NCBI GenBank assembly: GCA_040394635.1
Contig: JBEBRW010000010.1
Coordinates: 39,340 to 103,339, forward strand
Length of the DNA: 64,000 nucleotides
Source: Victivallis vadensis
GTDB lineage: Bacteria > Verrucomicrobiota > Lentisphaeria > Victivallales > Victivallaceae
Reading direction: 5' to 3'
The translations under genes were made by a program, and so were the position numbers. Shown here one piece after another: positions 26,340 to 35,871 of the stretch. The notes under the pieces are model-generated. The model was not told the origin of the DNA and did no database searches. It saw only the letters and a program-made list of their open reading frames with translations. Within the stretch, counting starts at the first letter, position 1; every line of letters starts with the position of its first letter.

Positions 26340-27620
26340 ATGATCACCGACAAAGAATTAACCGCTCTCGAAACCGAACTTAACAGTATGAACCCGCAAC
26401 TGCGCGCCAGCGCGCTCTCGCAACTGAACGACCTGCGCCTGGCCAAAAAGGTGGCGCTTCAGGACAGCGGCGACCGGCACAACCTGCACTGCCATACGAT
26501 TTACTCCTACAACGGTTACAACTATTCTCCCGGCTACATTGCCTGGCTGTCCTGCAAATCCGGCTGGTTCGCCGCCGGAATCGTCGATTTCGACGTGCTC
26601 GACGCCGTGGATGAATTCCTGAAGGCCTCCAAGCTCCTCAACATCCGGGCCACCTGCGGCATGGAAACCCGCGCCTTCATCAAGGAACTCGCCGACAAAG
26701 AGATCAACTCTCCGGGCGAACCGGGCGTGGCCTACCACATGGGCGTCGGCTTTATTTCCAGCGAAGTACCGGCGGCCGAAGCCGCGTTTGCCGCTTCGCT
26801 GAAGCAGACCGCGGCCGAGCGTACCCGCCACATCGTCAAGCTGGTGAATCCCTTCCTGGCTCCCGCCTCGCTGGATTTTGAAAAAGACGCGGCGGCGCTG
26901 ACCCCCTGCGGCAATGTGACCGAGCGCCATGTCTGCTATGCGTACCGCCTGAAAGCCGAAGAAGTCTTCCCGGACAAAGACGCCCGCGCCAAATTCTGGT
27001 CCGAAAAACTGAGCTGCAGCCTCGAAGACGCCGCCAAACTGGTCGCCGACCCGGTCAAACTGGAAGCCCAGATCCGCGCCAAAACCATGAAAAAAGGCGG
27101 CGCCGGTTATGTTCAGGCCAATCCGCAGTCGTTCCCGGCGCTGGCCGATATGAATAATTTCGTCGCGGCCTGCGGGGCCATCCCCTGTATCGCATGGCTG
27201 AACGGCGACTCCCCCGGCGAGGCCGATCCCGCCGCGCTGCTCGACCTGCATATCCAGTACGGCGCGGCCATGCTGAATATCGTCCCGGACCGCAACTGGA
27301 ACTTCAGCGACGCCGCCGTGCGCGCCAAGCGCATTGCCGAGCTCAATAAAATCATCGACGCGGCCATTGAGCGCAACATGCCGGTCATCGTCGGCACCGA
27401 AATGAACGCTCCCGGCTTGAAGCTGGTGGACGATTTCGCCAGCGAGGCTTTGGCTCCGCACGTGAAAACCTTTGTCGACGGCGCCGCCATCGCCTGCGCC
27501 CACACCATCCTGCAGGCTAAGGGCCAGGGCTACCTGAGCGACTGGGCCAAAACCAATTACCCGGATCTGGCGGAACGCAATAAGTTCTTCGCCGCGTACG
27601 GCCGCGAACATACTCTATGA
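26340..27620 (+). CDS. PHP-domain metal-dependent phosphoesterase-like protein
   Basis: The start is set at the ATG at 26340 (MITDKELT...). Motifs are HNLHCHTIYS and GIVDFDVLD. The upstream part of the track ORF overlaps the convergent lipoprotein gene. Confidence 0.7.
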   Translation: MITDKELTALETELNSMNPQLRASALSQLNDLRLAKKVALQDSGDRHNLHCHTIYSYNGYNYSPGYIAWLSCKSGWFAAGIVDFDVLDAVDEFLKASKLLNIRATCGMETRAFIKELADKEINSPGEPGVAYHMGVGFISSEVPAAEAAFAASLKQTAAERTRHIVKLVNPFLAPASLDFEKDAAALTPCGNVTERHVCYAYRLKAEEVFPDKDARAKFWSEKLSCSLEDAAKLVADPVKLEAQIRAKTMKKGGAGYVQANPQSFPALADMNNFVAACGAIPCIAWLNGDSPGEADPAALLDLHIQYGAAMLNIVPDRNWNFSDAAVRAKRIAELNKIIDAAIERNMPVIVGTEMNAPGLKLVDDFASEALAPHVKTFVDGAAIACAHTILQAKGQGYLSDWAKTNYPDLAERNKFFAAYGREHTL

Positions 27621-28831
27621 TTCGTAAGTTCAGGTATCTGACGCCGATTGCGGTTCTGGCATTGCTTCTCTATGCCAGGCCGCTTTTTTCCGGCGCTCCG
27701 GTCCTGAATGTGCTGCTGCATATCGTGTGCGGCGGCGGGGTATTTTCCCTTGGCCGCCGCCTCGGTTTCCGCTCCATGGTCGCCGCCGGGCTGGCCCTGG
27801 TTTTCGTGCTGCACCCGCAGCAGGTCGACGTGGTCCTGGCTGCGGACGGCTGGAAATACATCCTCGCCGCGCTCCTGACGCTGGCCGCGCTGATGCTGCC
27901 GCTGATAAACTGGAAAAAACTGCTGCTGATTCCAGTGATAATCGCCATGGCGGTACTGCAATACCTGATCCTTTTCCTGCAAGTCGATTATTTTTTCCTG
28001 CCGGTACTGATGGCGGCGCTCATCATCATTTATACCCAACGTTTCGACGGACGCAAGCTCTGCCTGTGGTGTATCCCGGCGCTGCTGCCGCTGCTTTTCT
28101 TTCCGTTCGCGCCGCTTCAGCCGTGGTACGTGGTACTGTCGAATTACGGCGTCACGTTCTGGCAAACATTGATTCCGCTGACCATGCCGCCCGGATTGAT
28201 GACGTTTTACCTGATGCTCCCGGCACTGGCTTCGATCACCGTATTTACTTCGCTGCGCCGCCCATCATTCCTCTGCGAATGGTTCATCCCGTGCCTGGTT
28301 TGCATGCTGGTTTCGCCATTGCTTCTGAGCCGGACGATCAATGAGCCAGGGTACCTGATCCTGCTTTTCCTGTGGCTGCCGGCCTTTGCCGCCGTGCAGA
28401 TTTACTGGCGCGAGGAATACAAAAAACCATTACGCATCGGCATGGTCATTTATCTCCTGATCCTGCTGGTGGTTTCGTTCATCCAGACAAGCGCCTGGCA
28501 GGAACAGAAACAGATTGACCGTATGACCATCACGGCCATGCGCGACCTTTATCCGGCCCTCGGACGGGCGCTGGAAGCACAGGACTGGCACCGGGCGGTC
28601 AGCATCGCCCGGAACATACGCCAGAACGGCGGAAATCTCTCGACATTCGAGGATTATCTGTACCATGGAATCGCGGAATTTCTGCTGAAAAATTATTCGC
28701 AGTCCGAGCAACTCTTCAGCAAAGCCCTGGAGATTGCGCCGGGCAATGATATCGCGACCGGTTACCTGGCCCGAATCCGCGAGTTTACAGGAAAAGATCC
28801 AGCACCGTCAAACTCCACAGCGGGTAACTGA
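27617..28831 (+). CDS. Polytopic membrane protein with C-terminal TPR repeats (PMT/ArnT-like glycosyltransferase-fold candidate)
   Basis: About 9 TM segments, then a TPR-like region (YHGIAEFLLKNYSQSEQLFSKALEIAPGN). ATGA overlap with the PHP gene. Confidence 0.7.
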   Translation: MIRKFRYLTPIAVLALLLYARPLFSGAPVLNVLLHIVCGGGVFSLGRRLGFRSMVAAGLALVFVLHPQQVDVVLAADGWKYILAALLTLAALMLPLINWKKLLLIPVIIAMAVLQYLILFLQVDYFFLPVLMAALIIIYTQRFDGRKLCLWCIPALLPLLFFPFAPLQPWYVVLSNYGVTFWQTLIPLTMPPGLMTFYLMLPALASITVFTSLRRPSFLCEWFIPCLVCMLVSPLLLSRTINEPGYLILLFLWLPAFAAVQIYWREEYKKPLRIGMVIYLLILLVVSFIQTSAWQEQKQIDRMTITAMRDLYPALGRALEAQDWHRAVSIARNIRQNGGNLSTFEDYLYHGIAEFLLKNYSQSEQLFSKALEIAPGNDIATGYLARIREFTGKDPAPSNSTAGN

Positions 28832-30536
28832 AATCCGCCTCGCGCCGCTGGTGCGCATCGATCATTTTCTGCAGTTCGTCTTTTTTGAAGTAATTCGATT
28901 TCACCAGGTTACCCTCCAGCAAATGCGCGCACATGAGCTCATGCCAGGGGCCGCGCAGCCATTCGCCCACGGGCACGCCGAACCCTTTCTTGCGCTGGGT
29001 GGCGATCTGCGCGGGGATGAATTCCGGGAAAGCGATTTTCAGAATATGCTTGCGTGAAGCGCCGCTCTGCTTGAATTTGAGCGGCAGCTTCATGGCGAAA
29101 TCCATCACGTCGTTGTCGAGAAATGGGGCGAGCCCGCTGATGCCGGCGCCGTCGGCGGCGATCGCGGCCTTGGGCAGGACGTCGCCCGGCATATAGGTAC
29201 GCATATCGACTTCCTGCATCCGCTCCACCACGTGCTTGCCGGTGGCGACGAGTTCCGCGTCGTTGATCACCCGGTAAGTCGGGGCGAACTGGAACTCCGC
29301 CAGCTCGCCGTCGTAAACCCTGCGCCGCTCTTCCTCATTGAAGCGGCAGATGATGTCCAGGTAGCGCCGCTCCGGCCCGGAAGCCAGAACACGGCAGGTG
29401 CGGAGCAAACGCCCTCCCCGGCTCCGCTCATTACCGCCTTTCGGCAGCATGCCTGCCGCTGCTTTGAACAGCCCGCGCGGTACGAATTTCGCGTAATTCG
29501 CGTAACGCATCACCAGATACCGCTCGTACCCGGCAAAGAGTTCGTCCGCCGCGTCGCCGTTGAAAGCTGCCGCCATATTCTCCTCTTTCGCCCAACGGCA
29601 CAGCAGATGCGTCGGCAGCAAAGATGCATCGGCATATGGTTCCCCGTAGGCTTGTACCAATTCCTCAAACAGCCGGAAGTTATCCGCCTGCACCACCTTG
29701 ACCCGGTGATCCAGCTGATAACCCAGCTCGCGATTGATTGTATTGACCGCAAATGCCGCCCGGTCGCGCTCATCGTATTCCGGCTGGTCGAAACCCATGG
29801 TCAGGGCCGGCAGCGGATAACCGGTGTTCTTCGCCGTCAGCGCGGTGACGATCGTGGAGTCGAGCCCCCCGGAAAGCAGCGCGGCGTAATGCCCGGACGC
29901 CGGAATCCGCCGCTTGACCGCTTTTTCCATCAGTCCGCGCAGCTCCTCCGCCGCCACCCCGATGGTGATTTCCCGGTTGATCCGCGAGAAATCCGGCACC
30001 CAGTAATCGGCCAGATGCATGGATTTGTCCTGCAGCGACACGGTCAGGACCGCCCCCGGCCGCATTTTCCAGACCTCGCGGTACAGTGTCCGCGGCGAGG
30101 GCACATACTGCAGCGCCAGGTAATCGTGAAGCGCCTGCAAGTCGATCTCGCGCGGCATGGCCGGGAACTGCTTCAGCCTGCCCAGCGTATGGGCAAATGC
30201 AAAGCACTCCCCGCTTTTGAAGTAAAACAACGGCATGGCACCCAGCCGGTCGCGCGCCAGCATAAGACTCCGCTTGTCCTCGTCGAACACCGCCACGGCA
30301 AAGGCCCCGTTGACCTTGCCCAGGAAGTTCAAGCTGCCGTGCTCCAGGTATTTCCGCAGAATCGCCTCGGCCGGCGACTCCGCCTGCGGCACCAGTTCCC
30401 CGAGATTGAAGAAACTGCCGCAGAAGAACACCGTAACTCCGGATTCCGCATCCGTCCTGACCGAGCCGCCGTTGAACACCGGCTGCCCTTCATCGAAACG
30501 GATCGTACCGTCATACCGATTCATATTCATATTCAT
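28785..30536 (-). CDS. Asparagine-synthetase-family (AsnB-like) adenylating enzyme with a degenerate glutaminase domain
   Basis: PP-loop LLSGGLDS. No N-terminal Met-Cys nucleophile at any candidate start. The NGEIYN-type motif is replaced by CGSFFN. The start is set at ATG 30536 (MNMNMN). Confidence 0.8.
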   Translation of the reverse strand: MNMNMNRYDGTIRFDEGQPVFNGGSVRTDAESGVTVFFCGSFFNLGELVPQAESPAEAILRKYLEHGSLNFLGKVNGAFAVAVFDEDKRSLMLARDRLGAMPLFYFKSGECFAFAHTLGRLKQFPAMPREIDLQALHDYLALQYVPSPRTLYREVWKMRPGAVLTVSLQDKSMHLADYWVPDFSRINREITIGVAAEELRGLMEKAVKRRIPASGHYAALLSGGLDSTIVTALTAKNTGYPLPALTMGFDQPEYDERDRAAFAVNTINRELGYQLDHRVKVVQADNFRLFEELVQAYGEPYADASLLPTHLLCRWAKEENMAAAFNGDAADELFAGYERYLVMRYANYAKFVPRGLFKAAAGMLPKGGNERSRGGRLLRTCRVLASGPERRYLDIICRFNEEERRRVYDGELAEFQFAPTYRVINDAELVATGKHVVERMQEVDMRTYMPGDVLPKAAIAADGAGISGLAPFLDNDVMDFAMKLPLKFKQSGASRKHILKIAFPEFIPAQIATQRKKGFGVPVGEWLRGPWHELMCAHLLEGNLVKSNYFKKDELQKMIDAHQRREADFSYPLWSLTVLDLFL

Positions 30537-30674
30537 ACCTGTTGTTTCTGATCGTCCGCACCTACTGAAAAGCAAATCACATGCCAGAATTTTTTCCGCT
30601 CAAAAGTCCGCCTGCTCCAACAAAATTGTAATCGCCCGGGCCGGACAAATTACAATTTCGTAAAAGTTCGCCGC

Positions 30675-31493
30675 TTACAGATTCCTGGTTTCGCCCGGCT
30701 CGATTTTGACGGTTTCGCCTTCCACATTCAACCAGACCGGCATGGCGCTCGGGTTGTGAACCTTGTCGCAAACCGCGGTGAACTCCAGCCGCTGGAGCGC
30801 CATCATATAGTTGTAGATCTCAATATTGGTCGCGTACCAGATATCGTCACGATGCGCAATGGCCGCGCAGAATTTCTCGATCAGGTCCCAGTTGCAGTTG
30901 CGCTCGAACTCATACGAATGGCCCCAGACATAGAACAGAGAAAAATTGTGATGCGACTCCTTGAAGATCTCGGCTTTGGTCAGGATGTCTTCGCGGTGGT
31001 GACAGGTCGGGTGCCACTCCAGCCAGTTGTCCGGCATCCCGAAGCGCCCGGTACTGATGGTGGTACGGCAATAAACAATATCCGCGGCATCCAGCGTTTT
31101 CTTGACTTCGGTGCTGTAAGTGCCCATGGGATAAGACATACCGCGCACCGGATACCCCATCAGCGCCTCCAGTTCTTTGCGGTCCTCCGTCACCTGGTTC
31201 AGCGCCGCGACCTTCGGTATCCGCTCGAGGAAGGGATGCGTATAGCTGTGGCAGGAGATTTCGTGCCCTTTGTAAAGCTCTTTGTATTCCTCGGCCGGGA
31301 TACGGTTCCCCTTGCCGATCAGGCCGGCATTGACATGGAAACTTCCTTTGATGTCAAATTTATTGAAAATTTTGATCAGCTGCCGGTCCTCGACCACGCC
31401 GTCGTCGTAACTCATGGTCAGGGCCTTCCGGCGTCCTGCGGGAAATTGGAAAAGCACATTTTTCATATTCGAATCCTTTGTTTTATCGGACAA
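30675..31493 (-). CDS. Polysaccharide deacetylase (NodB homology domain)
   Basis: TMSYDDG and HSYTH motifs. Confidence 0.85.
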   Translation of the reverse strand: MSDKTKDSNMKNVLFQFPAGRRKALTMSYDDGVVEDRQLIKIFNKFDIKGSFHVNAGLIGKGNRIPAEEYKELYKGHEISCHSYTHPFLERIPKVAALNQVTEDRKELEALMGYPVRGMSYPMGTYSTEVKKTLDAADIVYCRTTISTGRFGMPDNWLEWHPTCHHREDILTKAEIFKESHHNFSLFYVWGHSYEFERNCNWDLIEKFCAAIAHRDDIWYATNIEIYNYMMALQRLEFTAVCDKVHNPSAMPVWLNVEGETVKIEPGETRNL

Positions 31494-32766
31494 AAAACAT
31501 CCACAATATTCCTGCCGCCGCCGCCATGAGCAGTATCGCGATCACCATATACAGCAGCGTTTTCGGCTTCTTCTTTTTGAATTGTATTCTGGGCGGGGCC
31601 ACCACAGGCGCTACCCGCCGCGGCGGTGCTTCGGGGACCGGAGCCGGGGCCCGTACCGCTGTTTTCCCCTCGACTTCGGCGGCTTTGGCCGCGGGGGAAG
31701 TCACATGCGCGGGCAAGGGCTGGGAGATATGCATCCGGATCGGAGCGCGCGGCGACGAAATCGCGACCTTGCCGGGCTCGCCGCGTTCATTGAAAATCCG
31801 GCCGACCGGAGAGCGTCCCTCCAGCGCCAGGTCGATATCGGCAATCACATATTCCCATGAGGTATGACGGTCCTTCGGCGATTTCGCGGTCATGATCTCG
31901 ATCAGCTTGTAACACGGCTGCGACATGCCGGAGCCCAGACCGTCCAGCCGGGGAAACGGCGCATTCAGCTGCATTTTCAGCGTTTCCTCCACCGTCGCGC
32001 CCTTGAACGGCAATATCCCCGTGATCAGCTGAAACAACGTGATCCCGAGCGAATAAATATCCACGTGGAAATCGATGCCGTCATCGGCCCGGACCTGTTC
32101 GGGGCTGATATACTCGGGGGTCCCGCAGAGGTCGTCGCCCCCGTTCAGTCCCCGCTCGGTATCGATGATCTTGGAAATACCGAAATCCATCAGCCGGGGA
32201 TTGCCGTTTGCGTCGATCATGATATTCGCCGGCTTGATGTCGCGATGGATCATCCGGTGGGTGTTCCAGGCGTAGCGCAGCGCCTCCGCCACCGATTTGG
32301 CGATCTTCAGCGCCTCGCGCTCCGGAATCCGGCGGTCGGCTTTCAAACGGTTGTTCAACTCCACGCCGTCGATATAGGAAGTGGCCAGGTAATAAAAATC
32401 CCCGACCTGCCCCGCCGAATACGCCATCACGATATTCGGATGCTCCAGCTTGCCGGACATGGTGGCTTCCGCCATGAAACGGTGGATAAACCGTTCGTTG
32501 ACAACCAGGCGCGGATGCAGGATTTTCAGCGCGACTTTGCGCCCCAGGGTTTTCTGTTCGGAGAGCCAGACCTCCCCCATGCCGCCTGAGCCGATTTTGC
32601 GGATCAGCACGAATTCACCGAGCTCCAGGCCGCCGCTGAGCCCCGGGATCGGCACCGTCGCCGTCGCGCCGCATCCGGGGCAAACGACTTCGTGCCCTGC
32701 CAGTGAGTCCGGTGCGGTTATTTCTTTGCGGCATTTGCCGCAGCTAAAACTGATTTCATACGCCAT
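31483..32766 (-). CDS. Ser/Thr protein kinase with an N-terminal zinc-ribbon and a C-terminal TM anchor
   Basis: CGKC...CPGC, GSGGMGEV, HRDIKPAN, DFGISK, a Pro-rich linker, and the TM segment LLYMVIAILLMAAAAGILWMFFV. Confidence 0.9.
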   Translation of the reverse strand: MAYEISFSCGKCRKEITAPDSLAGHEVVCPGCGATATVPIPGLSGGLELGEFVLIRKIGSGGMGEVWLSEQKTLGRKVALKILHPRLVVNERFIHRFMAEATMSGKLEHPNIVMAYSAGQVGDFYYLATSYIDGVELNNRLKADRRIPEREALKIAKSVAEALRYAWNTHRMIHRDIKPANIMIDANGNPRLMDFGISKIIDTERGLNGGDDLCGTPEYISPEQVRADDGIDFHVDIYSLGITLFQLITGILPFKGATVEETLKMQLNAPFPRLDGLGSGMSQPCYKLIEIMTAKSPKDRHTSWEYVIADIDLALEGRSPVGRIFNERGEPGKVAISSPRAPIRMHISQPLPAHVTSPAAKAAEVEGKTAVRAPAPVPEAPPRRVAPVVAPPRIQFKKKKPKTLLYMVIAILLMAAAAGILWMFFVR

Positions 32767-32881
32767 TGCAATTCCTCATGGACTGATTGTCTGGTATTAC
32801 TATATCAATCCAGCTGAAAAATGCAAGATTTCGATTGTCAATCAATTGTCAAAAGTAATTTTCACCGGGACTGCCGCGCCG

Positions 32882-32917
32882 GGTCCGACCCGTCCGACAT
32901 GTCCAACATGTCCGAGT
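32882..32917. repeat. 9-nt-period GTCCGAC-type array (half element)
   Basis: The units are ggtccgacc cgtccgaca tgtccaaca tgtccgagt, in a divergent intergenic region. Confidence 0.8.
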
Positions 32918-32973
32918 TCCAACGATCATACAAAGACACAAAAATACCCGAAAACCACTTGCAATAAAGGATA

Positions 32974-34833
32974 ATGGCGAATACTTTATCCCATGATCAA
33001 CCGAAGGTTATGACTATGGCAAGATTGTGGCTGTTGACGGCGCTGTTACTGATAACGAACACTCTCCGGGCATTCCCGGTCAACGGCGAAAAATCCCCGC
33101 CGGTTCCACCGGGCGCAAAAGTTTCGCTCGAAGCGGACGCCTCGGAATATTTCCTCGGCGACAGCGTGCTGCTTCATTTCACGCTGCGCAACACGGGCCC
33201 AGAACCCTTCGATTATAGTTATGGCTGGGATTACCGAGGGGTGAATCGTTCCCTGCGCTTCAAGTTTCGCGTGTTTGACGAGAAAGGCACAGAATTGCCC
33301 GATCCCTTCCCTAATCCGATGTGCATGGGCGGCCTTGGAGGAACCTGGCCGCTTGAACCGGGTAAAGTCCTGACCTTTTCTCTCCCACTCTTTCGCTACT
33401 GGCATTTCGACAAACCGGGAACATACACCATCCGCGTCCATCATGATTTCGGCTGGAACAAGGGTGAAGGCGAATACCCATATGCCGAGATCAAGCTCAC
33501 GCTGAAAATGCCGGATGACGCCGAAGCCGAGCGCGTAGTCAACCGGCTCGACAAACTGCCGAAAGAAAATCCGGGCAGCGTGGGCGAACGAGACAAAGAC
33601 TTTGCCGATTGGTCCGGCCTGCGTTACGGCGTTTATCTGAAGCCGTTGCTCAAACGCGTTCGACAGAACCCGCAACGTTATCTCGAAGGCATCGATATCA
33701 TCCCGACGATCGAAGCGACCCGGGCGCTCATCGAGCTCGCGGGCGACTCCAATCCCGAACTCCGTCAACAAGCCGCCAAATTGTTGCGGAAGCGTGTAGG
33801 CGGTCAATATCCGGACGTACGGGATTATCCTTTGTGGGGAGGAATCTATATATCGACGTTCACGGCCCGGGTATGGAGCCCTGATTTACGCGATCCGCTC
33901 CGTTCTGCGGGCAAGAATCTGATCCGGGACGCCGATCAGGAGACGGTCGCCGCAGGCGCATGGCTGCTTCAATACGTGGCGCAACCGGAGGATGCCCCGG
34001 TGATTCTCGACGCTCTTGAAAAAGCACTTAATGTAACTGCTACCCCGCGTACCGGTGAAAAAGCGAATCCATTGAATTTCCCCTCGCCCCTCATGGAATT
34101 GCTGGATGCCGCCAACACCGCGTACCAGCGCGGCTACCAACCGGATCATCTTTATGCTGACGCACGATTTCTCCTCTACTTCCATCGTCTTTCCGTCACC
34201 CGTCCCGACCCAATGCCTGACGGCTGGTTACGTACGCTTGATGCATTCGGCACAGGCAGCAGGTATGCGGTTCGCGAACGCGCGCTCGCATCCATTCCCC
34301 CGTCCGTACCCGACGACTGTGTGAAATATGTCCAACGCGCTTTTAATGATCCCGATGCCGGTGTCCTCCTTCTCGCATGTGAGCTGGCCGGAAACTCCAA
34401 GCGCCGCGAATTTCTCAAACCGGTCCTTGAGGTACTGCAAACCACACGCCAGGACTGGATCATTCGCGAGGCGGGAAATAGCGCCTGTATACTTGGCGGT
34501 CAATACGAAGCGTCCCTGATTTGCGCGAACCGCCTGGCCGAGGATGGCTTTTTCGGTCTGGCCCTCGAAGTACTGGTGCGAAACCTCGACGGTCTTGGCG
34601 GCAGCGGTGGCGGCCGGACCGATCTCACTCGTGGCGAACGCATTGCGCTACGCGAGGCGTGGCAGCAGTTTCTCACCGTCAACGCTGCCGCGCTGAAATC
34701 CGGCAAGCGCATTCATTATCAGGACCCTACCGTCACCCGTGAGCTCTTCGGCCGCGCGAGATCATGGGATATGCCGGATGGCTCCACCTGGCCCACAAGT
34801 ATAGAAGAGCAAAATCGCCCACCCGCCAAATAA
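32974..34833 (+). CDS. Secreted HEAT/ARM-like repeat protein (hypothetical)
   Basis: Signal peptide-like MARLWLLTALLLITNTLRAFP. The true start may be the ATG at 33016. The C-terminal two-thirds looks like a helical repeat. Confidence 0.7.
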   Translation: MANTLSHDQPKVMTMARLWLLTALLLITNTLRAFPVNGEKSPPVPPGAKVSLEADASEYFLGDSVLLHFTLRNTGPEPFDYSYGWDYRGVNRSLRFKFRVFDEKGTELPDPFPNPMCMGGLGGTWPLEPGKVLTFSLPLFRYWHFDKPGTYTIRVHHDFGWNKGEGEYPYAEIKLTLKMPDDAEAERVVNRLDKLPKENPGSVGERDKDFADWSGLRYGVYLKPLLKRVRQNPQRYLEGIDIIPTIEATRALIELAGDSNPELRQQAAKLLRKRVGGQYPDVRDYPLWGGIYISTFTARVWSPDLRDPLRSAGKNLIRDADQETVAAGAWLLQYVAQPEDAPVILDALEKALNVTATPRTGEKANPLNFPSPLMELLDAANTAYQRGYQPDHLYADARFLLYFHRLSVTRPDPMPDGWLRTLDAFGTGSRYAVRERALASIPPSVPDDCVKYVQRAFNDPDAGVLLLACELAGNSKRREFLKPVLEVLQTTRQDWIIREAGNSACILGGQYEASLICANRLAEDGFFGLALEVLVRNLDGLGGSGGGRTDLTRGERIALREAWQQFLTVNAAALKSGKRIHYQDPTVTRELFGRARSWDMPDGSTWPTSIEEQNRPPAK

Positions 34834-34865
34834 AAAACGGAGCAGGCTTTGTCGGCTTGCTCCGT
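34832..34865 (-). terminator. Hairpin ACGGAGCA-N13-TGCTCCGT with a U-tract on the minus-strand transcript
   Basis: An 8-bp perfect stem. The A6 run on the + side becomes U6 after the stem for the leftward aspS operon. Confidence 0.5.
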
Positions 34866-34885
34866 GCGTATATATTGGTAATTAG

Positions 34886-35869
34886 TCAGCGTGCGGCGGG
34901 GGTGTTCTCGACGGGTTTGATTTCGATCACTTCCGTTTTTGCCACCGGATTTCCGTTGGCAGTCGCTCCCGGAATCTGGCTCTGGTATTTTTCCTTCAGG
35001 GCTTTCAGCAATGTCTCACTGACGGGCAGATCAATCATGACTTTGTTGCCTTCCGGATAAACTTTCAGTTTTTTGCTGATCTGCTCGACCAGCCAGGCGT
35101 CATCGGTGGCCTGCATGATTACCGCGCCCAATACCAGCGGAATCAGGAAAGACGACTGTGCGGCGGTTTCCGGCTTGTCGAATTCCAGGATGCCATTCAG
35201 GAGAAACGCGGTTTTCTCATCGGCGCCCTTCGAGAGCTTGAGCGTCGTCGCATTCAAACTGCGCCCGAAGAGCTCAGACGGTATGAAACCCGCCCCCATG
35301 CTGCTGATCCGTATCACTTCCAGCTCGCCGGAATCCTTGAAATGCTCCAGGATCGGCGCCGGCTTTTCCCCGGCCTTCAATTCGGCGGGGGCGAAAGAAC
35401 CGTTGGTCAGCGCCACCGCATCTTTATCCAGGTAATAGATTTCAATCGGGTTCTTATTGTTAACAATCAACCGGAACCCTATGTAATCTTTATTCGGCAG
35501 CTCGCCCAGCTTGATCACGTCGGGGAAATCCAGCGTCAGCTTTTCCAGCTTGGCCCGCATTTCCTCCGGGGTGTTGGTCACCGGCACGATCACCACCGGT
35601 CCGTTACCAAACCTGGCAGGGTTGTAGATGACCAGCACCTTGGCCGGCAGGCTGCCGCCGCCGAAAATGTTGTATGCCTCGATGGTCTCGCGCCAGCTTT
35701 TCGCCTCGGCATCGTCACCCTTCAGGGCCGAGAGCTCGAGCGCCATCCGGGGGCGCAAGCGGCCCATGATCCGGGTATCCTCCGGCACGAAACGCTCAAG
35801 ATTGTCGGCGGATGCCAGATATGCCAGGGAGCACACCATGGCCATGACGAGGCATTTCAACATTTTCAT
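34886..35869 (-). CDS. Secreted hypothetical protein (327 aa), co-transcribed with aspS
   Basis: Signal peptide MKMLKCLVMAMVCSLAYLASA. It starts 2 nt after the aspS stop. Confidence 0.7.
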   Translation of the reverse strand: MKMLKCLVMAMVCSLAYLASADNLERFVPEDTRIMGRLRPRMALELSALKGDDAEAKSWRETIEAYNIFGGGSLPAKVLVIYNPARFGNGPVVIVPVTNTPEEMRAKLEKLTLDFPDVIKLGELPNKDYIGFRLIVNNKNPIEIYYLDKDAVALTNGSFAPAELKAGEKPAPILEHFKDSGELEVIRISSMGAGFIPSELFGRSLNATTLKLSKGADEKTAFLLNGILEFDKPETAAQSSFLIPLVLGAVIMQATDDAWLVEQISKKLKVYPEGNKVMIDLPVSETLLKALKEKYQSQIPGATANGNPVAKTEVIEIKPVENTPAAR

Positions 35870-35871
35870 CC

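Noticed and set aside
26358-27611. 417-aa minus-strand ORF. Equivalent long antisense ORFs were also seen at 29232..30551, 35893..37149, 37854..39212, 39245..40372, 44870..45799, 45831..47222, 48450..49199, 50358..51671, 53035..53991, 55470..56255, 58627..59409 and 60456..61589
   Set aside because: Each overlaps, on the opposite strand, a gene with recognisable family motifs or signal peptides. All show the Arg/Gly/Asp/His/Pro-rich composition of antisense frames in GC-rich DNA.
28785-32766. Lasso-peptide biosynthetic cluster, prompted by the Cys-less AsnB-like enzyme
   Set aside because: There is no transglutaminase-like leader peptidase, no PqqD-like recognition element and no plausible short precursor ORF nearby. 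The idea is kept only as one of several possible enzyme classes.
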